This document shows, piece by piece, positions 1 to 8,012 of a stretch of 64,000 nt of DNA. Where the stretch lies: contig JAZNHD010000051.1 in NCBI GenBank assembly GCA_045576815.1, forward strand, positions 995 to 64,994, written 5' to 3'. Source of the DNA: Eubacteriales bacterium. GTDB taxonomy: Bacteria; Bacillota; Clostridia; Oscillospirales; CAG-272. Within the stretch, counting starts at the first letter, position 1. Every line of letters begins with the position of its first letter. A program made the position numbers and the translations under genes. The notes below the pieces were generated by a model that was not told where the DNA came from, made no database searches, and worked only from the letters and a program-made list of their open reading frames with translations.

Positions 1-1
1 A

Positions 2-1159
2 TGGGGACTTTCCAACGAGATTTCCATCGGCGGCTCAGACGAGGATCTTCTAGAAAACCACAGAATATTAAATGACCTCTGTCACAAGATGGATAAGACG
101 AGAAAGACCACAATTGCCGCAGTTTCGATGTGCAAGATGGACGACCCGTATCTTCTTATCCCCGACGTTGTATCCTACAACCACTACTTTGGCTGGTACG
201 GCGGCGACACCTCGATGAACGGCCCGTGGTTTGATAAGTTCCACGAGACGCACCCGAATATTCCCATCGGCTGCTCCGAGTACGGCTGTGAGGCGCTTAA
301 CTGGCACACCTCTAATCCTAAGCAGGGCGACTACACCGAGGAGTATCAGGCATACTACCACGAGGAGCTTATAAAGCAGCTCTTCACCCGCAAGTATATG
401 TGGGCAACTCACGTATGGAATATGTTTGATTTCGGCGCTGATGCACGTGCCGAGGGCGGCGAGAACGGACAGAACCATAAGGGGCTCGTTACCTTTGACA
501 GAAAGTATAAAAAGGACGCCTTCTATGCATATAAGGCATGGCTATCTGACGAGCCCTTCGTTCACCTTGCCGGTAAGAGATACGTTGACAGGGTAGAGGA
601 CGTAACCCGTGTTACCGTTTACTCGAATCAGCCTGAGGTTGAGCTTTTCGTAAACGGCGAGTCTATTGGCAAGAAGAGCGCAGAGGACCACTTCTTCTAC
701 TTTGACGTAAAGAATGAGGGAGAGTCCACGATAGTTGCCAAGGCGGGCGAGCTTTCCGACGAGGGTAAGATTCGCAAGGTTGACGAAATGAATATGGACT
801 ACGTCCTTGTTGAGAAGGGCGCTGTCCTCAACTGGTTTGATATTGACGCACCCGCAGGCAGATTCTCGCTTAACGATACTCTCGGCGAGATTATGAAATC
901 CTTCTGGGGCAAGCTTTGGTTCATTCGCCTCGGCTTGAAGCTCAAAAAGAAGGCTGCCGCAGGGCAGAAGGGCGAGAAGAAGTCTGGCGGCTTTGAGGTA
1001 AATCTTAAGGACGCAGGCGGCGGACTTATGCAGATGATGGGCGGCTTTACTGTGCTTCGTCTTACCTCTATGATGGGTATGATGAACATCTCCTTCACCA
1101 AGGAAGAGCTTCTCAAGCTGAATAAGCAGCTCAACCGCATAAAAAAGCCTAAAAAATAA
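2..1159 (+). CDS. GH2 glycoside hydrolase, probable beta-glucuronidase (5' truncated by window edge)
   Basis: Frame open from nt 2 (WGLSNE acid/base motif); SEYG nucleophile, WNMFDF and NHKG (NxKG) motifs. Confidence 0.88.
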   Translation, partial: WGLSNEISIGGSDEDLLENHRILNDLCHKMDKTRKTTIAAVSMCKMDDPYLLIPDVVSYNHYFGWYGGDTSMNGPWFDKFHETHPNIPIGCSEYGCEALNWHTSNPKQGDYTEEYQAYYHEELIKQLFTRKYMWATHVWNMFDFGADARAEGGENGQNHKGLVTFDRKYKKDAFYAYKAWLSDEPFVHLAGKRYVDRVEDVTRVTVYSNQPEVELFVNGESIGKKSAEDHFFYFDVKNEGESTIVAKAGELSDEGKIRKVDEMNMDYVLVEKGAVLNWFDIDAPAGRFSLNDTLGEIMKSFWGKLWFIRLGLKLKKKAAAGQKGEKKSGGFEVNLKDAGGGLMQMMGGFTVLRLTSMMGMMNISFTKEELLKLNKQLNRIKKPKK

Positions 1160-1172
1160 GGTTTATAACACA

Positions 1173-1205
1173 AAAGCAGACGGCTAAATCAGCCGTCTGC
1201 TTCTT
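1173..1205. terminator. Intrinsic terminator between convergent genes
   Basis: agcagacggct-aaatc-agccgtctgct hairpin with A/T-rich flanks. Confidence 0.65.
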
Positions 1206-1377
1206 CTTTGTCCTCGGATAAGCTGTCAAGAGCAACTCGCACTGCTTCAATAACGAAAGCACTGAAAGAGCAGTCAGTGTCCTTGATTGCTTCCTCTACG
1301 CTCGATATAACATCGTTAGGGAATCTTATGCATTTGCTTGTGCTCTGTGGCACAACAGGAATCTTGAATTTTTTCAT
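1189..1377 (-). CDS. Ribbon-helix-helix protein (YlcI/YnfO-like)
   Basis: 62 aa, KCIRFPNDV...SFSAFVIEAVR pattern; GAGGTG RBS. Confidence 0.7.
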   Translation of the reverse strand: MKKFKIPVVPQSTSKCIRFPNDVISSVEEAIKDTDCSFSAFVIEAVRVALDSLSEDKEEADG

Positions 1378-1491
1378 ATAATCACCTCTGTAATACTATT
1401 GTATAAAAAATAGTATTAGTTGTATGCATTACAAAATGTATTGCATATTTCGTGAAACAGTGTTATAATTATCTTGTGAGCGAGGTGAAAA

Positions 1492-1779
1492 ATGAATAGA
1501 GAAAAGGTTTGTGTTATTTTTGCTGTACTGCTAATTGTGTTTTTTCTTTTTTGCAGTCCATATTTACATAGCGAAGAGGACGGATTATGTGAAAGCGAAA
1601 AAGAAAGAGCATCGGTAGAAAACTCGGGATTTATTGTAAATATGCGTAGCAAAAAATTTCATACCGAGGATTGCTTTTGGGGTTCTATAATAAGCGAGAA
1701 AAATGAGGAGCGATACAACGGAGACCGAAGGTACTTGATTGAAAAGGGATTTTCTCCTTGTAAAAGATGTAATCCTTAA
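1492..1779 (+). CDS. Membrane-anchored protein with Ada-like zinc-binding C-terminal domain
   Basis: Hydrophobic N-terminus; NxxSKKFHxxxC...GFSPCKRCNP; GAGGTG RBS. Confidence 0.65.
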   Translation: MNREKVCVIFAVLLIVFFLFCSPYLHSEEDGLCESEKERASVENSGFIVNMRSKKFHTEDCFWGSIISEKNEERYNGDRRYLIEKGFSPCKRCNP

Positions 1780-1858
1780 TTAAACTTTACAAAACCCGTT
1801 GAACTTTTCGGCTTTTTGTGCTATTATATAACTGTAAATCAAACAAAGGAGAAACATT

Positions 1859-2350
1859 ATGAGAAAAATAAAGGTTGAGGCACTAACAAAGGAGGCCTTT
1901 GCTCCCTTTGGCTTATACTACGATATGGAAAACCCCGAGGGCTATCCTCTTTCAGGTGAGATTCACCGTTTCTTTCCCGACAGGGTTACGTCATACGAGG
2001 GTCATAACGTTGCATTCTCGCCGATTCTTGTAAAACGTCCCGAGGAGATGAAAATCACGCAGGTTGAGTATCACACGACCACCTCGGAGATAATTCTGCC
2101 TCTTAACGACGATATGATTCTGCACGTCGCGCCCCCCTCGGCAGGCAAGCCCTTGCCCGAGTATACCCACGCTTTCCTCGTGCCCCGTCACACCCTCGTT
2201 AAGATGAACGCGTGCGTTTGGCACCTCGCCCCCCTTCCCGCAAACGCGCCCGAGCTTGCCGCAATGATTGTCCTCCCCGAGTGCACATATATGAACGACT
2301 GCACCGTGGTTGACCTTTCTGCCGACGAGCAGTTTGTGATAGAGAAGTAA
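1859..2350 (+). CDS. Ureidoglycolate lyase family (cupin) protein
   Basis: LTKEAFAPFG, EYHTTTSE and VWH motifs. Confidence 0.75.
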   Translation: MRKIKVEALTKEAFAPFGLYYDMENPEGYPLSGEIHRFFPDRVTSYEGHNVAFSPILVKRPEEMKITQVEYHTTTSEIILPLNDDMILHVAPPSAGKPLPEYTHAFLVPRHTLVKMNACVWHLAPLPANAPELAAMIVLPECTYMNDCTVVDLSADEQFVIEK

Positions 2351-2471
2351 AACGAAAAAGAGATAACCATAGGGTTGTACCCTAAAGGACAGTTTTGAGA
2401 ACAGATTACCTACCGACAGGAGATAATACTTTTTCCTGTTGCAAAAAGCTCTAAAAGACACAAACCGCAGA

Positions 2472-2499
2472 TTGACTTTCTGCGGTTTGTTTGCTATAA
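2472..2499 (+). promoter_or_regulatory. sigmaA-like promoter with a 10-bp inverted repeat around the -35
   Basis: TTGACT...TGcTATAAT; caaaccgcag/ctgcggtttg flanks the -35. Confidence 0.55.
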
Positions 2500-2596
2500 T
2501 AGTTGTGTGTCATTGGCACGATACAAAAAATGGTATGATAAATAAGAATTTACAGGATGAATTGATAATCCAAATTAAGTAATGGAGTGCTTAAAA

Positions 2597-3268
2597 ATGA
2601 ATATAAAGGAACAGTTTAATATTATAGCACAAGAGTACGATAGTAATCGAAAAAAGTTCATACCTTGCTTCAATGATTATTACGAAAATACAACAAAATT
2701 TATTATTTCCAACATTGAAAAACCTAAAAGAGTTTTAGATTTAGGCGCAGGAACAGGACTGTTATCTTATTTTTGGTATCAGGAATGTTCATCGGCAGAA
2801 TATATATTAGTGGATATAGCGGATGAAATGTTGAATGTCGCCCGCAAGAGATTTGATGGCATAAGTAGCATATCATATCAAGTGTTGGATTACTCAAAAG
2901 AGTTGCCGAGCGGAGATTTTGACGTGATTGCATCAGCTTTATCGATTCATCATTTGGAGAATGAGGATAAGCAAAAGCTTTTTTCACAAATATATGATAA
3001 ACTGCCAAATGGAGGCTTGTTTGTAAACTACGATCAGTTTTGCGGTAGGCATCCCGAGATGGGCGAGTGGTTTAATTCTTATTGGGAAAGTCAATTGGCA
3101 ACAAGTGGATTGAGCGAACACGATATAGAATTGTGGAGAAAGCGACAAAAACTGGACAGGGAATGCTCTGTAGAAGAAGAAATCGAAATGCTTCGCAAGA
3201 GTGGATTTAATACAGTTGAATGCGTGTATTCTTACCAAAAATTCTCGGTAATCGTAGCTATAAAGTAA
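2597..3268 (+). CDS. Class I SAM-dependent methyltransferase
   Basis: VLDLGAGTG motif I; SALSIHHL; GGAG RBS before ATG 2597. Confidence 0.9.
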   Translation: MNIKEQFNIIAQEYDSNRKKFIPCFNDYYENTTKFIISNIEKPKRVLDLGAGTGLLSYFWYQECSSAEYILVDIADEMLNVARKRFDGISSISYQVLDYSKELPSGDFDVIASALSIHHLENEDKQKLFSQIYDKLPNGGLFVNYDQFCGRHPEMGEWFNSYWESQLATSGLSEHDIELWRKRQKLDRECSVEEEIEMLRKSGFNTVECVYSYQKFSVIVAIK

Positions 3269-3440
3269 AGTTAAATCCAATTTCACGAGCTTTTATTATG
3301 TTCATATATGCCTTGTCATTTTTCCTGACAAGCACTGCATTTGTATCCACAAACGCAAAATACGGCACAGCTCTTTCGAGATATGCCGTATTTTTGAAAA
3401 CTGTCCTATAGGGTACAACCCTATGGTTATCTCTTTTTCG

Positions 3441-3848
3441 TTATCGTCTTGCTTCAATCTCTCTGATTAGCTCGTCGTTATCCCTGACGCTGACCGACAC
3501 GATATCAAAGGTGTTGTACTTGATGTTCACGTGCTCGAGCGAGTTTTTCAGCGAGAGCATGGAGTCGGAATAGAACCTTCGCTCTTTTGAGAATCCTCTT
3601 ATTTTCGAGTAGGGAATCTCTCTTTTCAGGAAAATACCGAACCTTATGAAAACCGAACACTCTCCGAGCTCCACGTATCCGAACAGCGGGGAGACAAGAA
3701 AATAAAGAATGAAAAGGTCGGTAGGAATTATGACCCACAGCGTCACAGGCTCAAATACCGACATGACGGTAAGGCCTATTATAACAAGAAGCAAAACGGT
3801 AAAAATTATATAGAAGAACTTATCTAATTTTGGCCGAAATCTTTTCAT
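3441..3848 (-). CDS. Membrane protein with bacterial PH domain
   Basis: Two TM segments followed by IRFG...EIPYSKI...SVRDNDELI. Confidence 0.65.
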   Translation of the reverse strand: MKRFRPKLDKFFYIIFTVLLLVIIGLTVMSVFEPVTLWVIIPTDLFILYFLVSPLFGYVELGECSVFIRFGIFLKREIPYSKIRGFSKERRFYSDSMLSLKNSLEHVNIKYNTFDIVSVSVRDNDELIREIEARR

Positions 3849-3862
3849 AAGCCCTACCCGTG

Positions 3863-5101
3863 TTAATTATACGCCTCGGGCAACGTCATATCAACACCGT
3901 CGTCGAGATGGTCGTAAATGTCGGAATAGTAATTTGAATAGCGGAGCTGTCCCTCGCCCTCGGCATCTACGGTGAGAAGCGTACAGCCGCGTTGATAGCC
4001 CGTGCCGCCCGCGTATGCCGAATAATCAATGCTGTACCCGTAGGCGAGAAGCACACCCTCGTATGTAAATCGCAGGCTGTTTAAGTGGTCGTGGCCAAAG
4101 AAGATGCCCTTCGTGCTTCCAATCTCTACAACCGTCTCAAAGAGCATATCGGGATATTCTGATGAATATACGACCTGCCCGCCCTCGCCCACAATGCCGT
4201 ATACGTTGCGGTCGGAAATGTCACCGCCCTTCGCCTCGTTATATGCTTTTAGCATTTCCTCGGGCGGTATGTGCATATACATATAGCTTAAAATCGCGTT
4301 GGAATTAAAGCCCTCGGGGCGCTCACTATCGTCGAGAGAATTATATACCGTGTTGTTTTTTTCGGTGTAATACGCTATTGTTTCTCTGTACCACTCTATC
4401 TGGTCGGCATGTACGTTGTCGTAGTCGCCGAGGAAGCCTAAAACGTTGCCTTCCTTATAAGCGTTTGAGTCTATCATAACGTAGGACGAGGTGATAAGTC
4501 CGAGGCTGTTTTTAACCGTTATTATATGGTTACACTCACCGAATATATCCTCGGGACCGGGGGAGAAAAGACAGTACTCGAGTGCCTCGTCAGAGTACAT
4601 ATCTGCAACCGCCGCGCGATTGTGGTAGTTATACACCTCGGAGTCGTGATTACCAAAGGTAACTGTATAGTAAACACCAAGGTTTTCCATAAGGCGTGTG
4701 AAATATCCGTGCGCTACGGAGTTGTCGAGCGTGCCCGCCCACGGCACGGCAAAGGAGATATCCCCCGTCACGATAACGAGGTCGGGCTTTTCTACCTCTA
4801 TCATAGCTGCTACTGCATGAATGGCCTTTCTGTCACCGTCAGCGAAAAGAAAGCCGCCGCCAAGATGCACATCGGTCAGCTGCATAACCTTAAAGTCGCC
4901 GTCGGTTACAAAATAGTAATTTCCTCGCTCGTCGACGTTCGGTGTAAGCTGACCCTCGTATTCAACCCTTTCAAAGCTGTCTATGTAGGCCTCCATATTA
5001 TCTCTGTGAACGGCATTCGCGATAAGGCAGGTGAGGTAAATAACAATCACCACGCCGGCAATTATGGCAAGAACCGTAAGTAGTCTCTTTAATGCTTTCA
5101 T
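3863..5101 (-). CDS. Membrane-anchored calcineurin-like metallophosphoesterase
   Basis: DVH, GD, GNHD, GHDH motifs; AAGGAG RBS. Confidence 0.88.
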   Translation of the reverse strand: MKALKRLLTVLAIIAGVVIVIYLTCLIANAVHRDNMEAYIDSFERVEYEGQLTPNVDERGNYYFVTDGDFKVMQLTDVHLGGGFLFADGDRKAIHAVAAMIEVEKPDLVIVTGDISFAVPWAGTLDNSVAHGYFTRLMENLGVYYTVTFGNHDSEVYNYHNRAAVADMYSDEALEYCLFSPGPEDIFGECNHIITVKNSLGLITSSYVMIDSNAYKEGNVLGFLGDYDNVHADQIEWYRETIAYYTEKNNTVYNSLDDSERPEGFNSNAILSYMYMHIPPEEMLKAYNEAKGGDISDRNVYGIVGEGGQVVYSSEYPDMLFETVVEIGSTKGIFFGHDHLNSLRFTYEGVLLAYGYSIDYSAYAGGTGYQRGCTLLTVDAEGEGQLRYSNYYSDIYDHLDDGVDMTLPEAYN

Positions 5102-5238
5102 AATTTTCTCCTTGTGTAGTCGCAAGCCGTAGGGCTTATGTGTTCCACTCCGCTACGGCTAAAGCGAGTAAAATTATTATAACATAAATCGACAAAGTTT
5201 GCAAGGGAGTTTCTTGTAAAGACGGGGGTGGAAACCCG

Positions 5239-5418
5239 TTATCCGCCCTTGTTGTCGTTCTTTCTTACCAACCGATATTCGTCGCTTTTAATGAGCAGTC
5301 CCTCGGGTATTACAATATGCTCAACGGTTTTGCCAAGCCCAAGTCTTTTTCTTATTTCTTTTGGAATTTGAAGACGCCCTAAAGAATCTATCTCCTTTAT
5401 AATACCGATTATTTTCAA
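5239..5418 (-). CDS. AbrB/MazE/SpoVT family small DNA-binding protein (absent from ORF track)
   Basis: TTG start with GGAG RBS; MKIIGIIKEIDSLGRLQIPKEIRKRLGL (59 aa); homologous to ORFs at 38677 and 39374. Confidence 0.85.
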   Translation of the reverse strand: MKIIGIIKEIDSLGRLQIPKEIRKRLGLGKTVEHIVIPEGLLIKSDEYRLVRKNDNKGG

Positions 5419-5530
5419 AACAAAACTCCAAATTTTACTTATTGCACTTATATGGGTGCAATAAAATTATATCACGCATTTATAATTATGTCAAGAGTTT
5501 GCTCTTAAATAGGTGCGAGGTATAACTAAA

Positions 5531-5761
5531 ATGAATGCAGCAACCGAGAGGAAGATAGGGAAGAATATACGAAAGCTGCGAGAGCGGGCGAGCTTGACGC
5601 AGGAGCAGGTGGCGGCAAAGCTTCAGCTTAACGGGTGTGATATAACCAGAAGTGCTGTTGCAAAAATAGAGGTAGGGCAAAGGCATCTTTACCCTGACGA
5701 AATAATTCTTTTAAGAGAAATATTATCAGCATCCTACGAGGAAATTTTTGATGTAAAATAA
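5531..5761 (+). CDS. XRE-family HTH regulator
   Basis: IGKNIRKLRE...LTQEQVAAKL...AKIEVGQR. Confidence 0.88.
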   Translation: MNAATERKIGKNIRKLRERASLTQEQVAAKLQLNGCDITRSAVAKIEVGQRHLYPDEIILLREILSASYEEIFDVK

Positions 5762-5766
5762 TGAGA

Positions 5767-5792
5767 AAACCCCGACACGTGTCGGGGTTTTT
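5767..5792. terminator. Bidirectional intrinsic terminator
   Basis: aaaaccccgacac-gtgtcggggtttt palindrome. Confidence 0.75.
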
Positions 5793-5808
5793 ACTTTTTA
5801 GAAAACAT

Positions 5809-6192
5809 TTACTGTTCAGAAGAAACCTTGTTGAATACGGCTCCGTTTGCAACCTCGAGGTACATAAAGTTTGTGGAGTCCTCCTCGATGAACACGAGCT
5901 TATCTTCCTTTACGGTAAAGAAGTTTTCGAACTTCAGTGAGGGATATTCACGGTCCTTTAGCCGAAGTACGCCGTCATCCATAGTCCACTCGCCGACACC
6001 GGCATAGCTCGCAAGCAATCCAACAGAGTAAGAAAAGCTGCCGTCCTCTGAAATGGTAATATAAAAATCACCGCCGAAGCCTTCTTTTTCGTAGATATAC
6101 GTTCCCACGGGAGAGGGCTCTTTTCCCGTACAGGAAGAAAGTGCGCCGAGCATGACTATAAGGCAGAGGGAAAGCGCAAAAATCTTTTTCAT
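5809..6192 (-). CDS. Lipoprotein, unknown function
   Basis: MKK signal peptide with LSSC lipobox. Confidence 0.75.
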   Translation of the reverse strand: MKKIFALSLCLIVMLGALSSCTGKEPSPVGTYIYEKEGFGGDFYITISEDGSFSYSVGLLASYAGVGEWTMDDGVLRLKDREYPSLKFENFFTVKEDKLVFIEEDSTNFMYLEVANGAVFNKVSSEQ

Positions 6193-6239
6193 TCTAAACC
6201 TCCTGATTTTATCTAAAATATATTTGAAAAAGCTTCTAT

Positions 6240-6515
6240 TTAGTTAGTATTGTCGGCATCGCAAACAGGGCATTTGTCACCGACAAGAATGTAAGTACCC
6301 TCTGAGGCAAAGATAGAGCCGAGCTCCTTTGTGGTTACCTCTATTCCGCTATCGCTTTCATACCACGTTTCCACGGTATAGCAGCCGGAGAAGTGGTGGG
6401 TGTCAATATGTATCTTGGTGTAAGTATAATTGCCAAACCCCATGCTGTAATTACCGCAAGAGACGAGTGTGAGAAGAGAGATTATAAGAACTAAAAAAAG
6501 ACAAAATTTTTTCAT
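6240..6515 (-). CDS. Small lipoprotein with C-terminal CxxC
   Basis: MKKF...LVSC lipobox; KCPVC. Confidence 0.7.
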   Translation of the reverse strand: MKKFCLFLVLIISLLTLVSCGNYSMGFGNYTYTKIHIDTHHFSGCYTVETWYESDSGIEVTTKELGSIFASEGTYILVGDKCPVCDADNTN

Positions 6516-6580
6516 AATATACCGCCTAAAGTGTTGATATATACAGTATATCATAAAGTGAAGGGAAATGCAAGCGGGGG

Positions 6581-6907
6581 TTATCGCTCTAACAAAAACT
6601 GCTCGAGGTTTCTCTCGTGGTGATATTTTACCGACGCCTTTTTGTCTTTCTCTAAAATAACGTCTTGCAAATTGATGTGGTTTAATGAAGCAATCGCAAA
6701 GGCGTAATGAATAACGTCAACCAGCTCGTTTGCCAACTGCGAATTCAAATCCTCGCTATCAGAGGCTTTTCTTCCGTCTCGTTTATTTAGGATCTCCGCA
6801 ACCTCGCCCACTTCCTCAACCAGCTTCATAAACAAACCGGTGTCAATACCGTGGTTCTTGTAATGGTCATATAGGTATTCTTCATAGTCGTTAATGCTGA
6901 TTTTCAT
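6581..6907 (-). CDS. MazG-like nucleotide pyrophosphohydrolase
   Basis: KLVEEVGEVAE...ELVDV motif. Confidence 0.85.
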   Translation of the reverse strand: MKISINDYEEYLYDHYKNHGIDTGLFMKLVEEVGEVAEILNKRDGRKASDSEDLNSQLANELVDVIHYAFAIASLNHINLQDVILEKDKKASVKYHHERNLEQFLLER

Positions 6908-7029
6908 CGTGTTCCCTCGTCAGAGCTTTTTTGTCGCTATTGTACCATAGTTTTTTTCGAAAGTCAAGTTTTGCTTTTGCGATATTCTTTAGCCTCAGTG
7001 AGAACGTTTTCTGCTTCACTGTAAGTTGT

Positions 7030-7108
7030 AAAAGGTGCGCAGACGAAACCATGCACCGAAAAACGCAGCTTACGATCGTCTGATAAATTCAACAAAACAA
7101 TCTGGTTG
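7030..7108 (-). ncRNA. Candidate ~80-nt small RNA
   Basis: Consensus promoter upstream; terminator hairpin plus U-tract; 3' 50 nt homologous to 59681-59730. Confidence 0.4.
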
Positions 7109-7113
7109 ATAAC

Positions 7114-7156
7114 ATTATAACACCAAATGGTGTTATTTGTCAATACCAAATGGTGT
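7114..7156 (-). promoter_or_regulatory. sigmaA promoter with palindromic operator pair
   Basis: TTGACA-N18-TATAAT on minus strand; ATAACACCaaatGGTGTTAT between -35 and -10; second copy at 7143-7156. Confidence 0.7.
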
Positions 7157-7199
7157 TTTTTATATAATTATGGTACATAACTAATTTTTGGGGTGTGCT

Positions 7200-7406
7200 A
7201 TGTTTGTATATAGACGTATAAGAGATTTACGAGAGGACAACGAAAAAACTCAATCGCAAATCGCAAAAATGCTAAATATGCAGCTGACTGTTTATCAGAG
7301 ATATGAGCGAGGTGAAAGAGAAATTCCTTTTTGGGTTGCCATAAAGCTTGCTGATTATTATAAGGTTTCGCTCGACTATATTGCGGATAGAAGTTGCAAT
7401 AAATGA
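7200..7406 (+). CDS. XRE-family HTH regulator
   Basis: RIRDLREDNEKTQSQIA...YERGEREIP...VSLDYI. Confidence 0.88.
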   Translation: MFVYRRIRDLREDNEKTQSQIAKMLNMQLTVYQRYERGEREIPFWVAIKLADYYKVSLDYIADRSCNK

Positions 7407-7429
7407 AAAGGACGGCCACGAGGGGTTAT

Positions 7430-7580
7430 CCATCAAGGATTTTGCCCGTTGGGCAATATTTCCTCACTCTACGTCTGACAAGCGAGCTTGTCGATCTCCG
7501 AGTGGGAAATGCGAACCTTTTTCCTCAGCTTTGCTTCGGAAACAACGCACAGCGTTGCCTTGATGGTCCACCGCGGAAAC
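7430..7580. repeat. Structured module containing copies of the tRNA-Ile2 3' end
   Basis: Split direct copy at 7430-7441 and 7512-7519; inverted copy at 7558-7580 (22/23); internal hairpins. Confidence 0.65.
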
Positions 7581-7604
7581 AAAAAAGCCACCCGTTTGGG
7601 TGGC
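7581..7604 (-). terminator. tRNA terminator
   Basis: gccaccc-aaac-gggtggc followed by T6 on minus strand. Confidence 0.75.
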
Positions 7605-7611
7605 GTTTCCG

Positions 7612-7688
7612 TGGTGGACCATCAAGGACTCGAACCTTGGACCGACCGGTTATGAGCCGGTAGCTCTAACCAACTGAGCTAATGGTCC
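7612..7688 (-). tRNA. tRNA-Ile2 (CAT anticodon; elongator Met not excluded)
   Basis: GGACCATTAGCTCAGTTGGTTAGAGC...CTCATAA...GGTTCGAGTCC...TCCACCA; resembles Bacillota Ile2. Confidence 0.9.
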
Positions 7689-7810
7689 TTGTGTGTGACT
7701 TATGTATTATAGCAGATAAGTGTGAACAAACATTGAACAAAATATTAAAAAATAATAAATAGTTGTCGGTTGTCAAAAGATTTTTAGAGAGATGCATGGT
7801 GTTTATACAA

Positions 7811-7942
7811 GGTGAGGCGCTACCCGTGATTCGAGCAGACGTCGTTTCACTCCTTACTGTTCAAACGCTATCGCATTTGAAACCGGAAGCAAGCTATGCT
7901 TGCGCCGATACGAAGTTGGGAGTAGCAGCTCCCGACCACCCC
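7811..7942. repeat. Structured module containing copies of the tRNA-Thr 3' end
   Basis: Degenerate direct copy at 7819-7833; inverted copy at 7922-7942 (19/21); internal hairpins. Confidence 0.6.
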
Positions 7943-8012
7943 TAGACAAAGCGGTGCCGCCAAATTTCGCCAAAACAAACCAAAGCCCCGAGGTGTAAAC
8001 CTCGGGGTTGTC

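Larger units (their letters stand above)
2351..3442. mobile_element. Non-autonomous inverted-repeat-bounded cargo element A, including flanking hairpin arms
   Basis: 2351-2396 and 3397-3442 are a 45/46 inverted repeat; AT-rich interior; ends shared with the element at 59203-60058. Confidence 0.7.

Noticed and set aside
5119..5168. Leader hairpin agccgtag/ctacggct before the metallophosphoesterase
   Set aside because: A single modest stem; insufficient evidence for a regulatory RNA
6964..7149. 61-aa minus-strand ORF in the ORF track
   Set aside because: It starts inside the promoter/operator, lacks an RBS and runs through a terminator; its similarity to the start of ORF 59671 reflects the shared RNA motif
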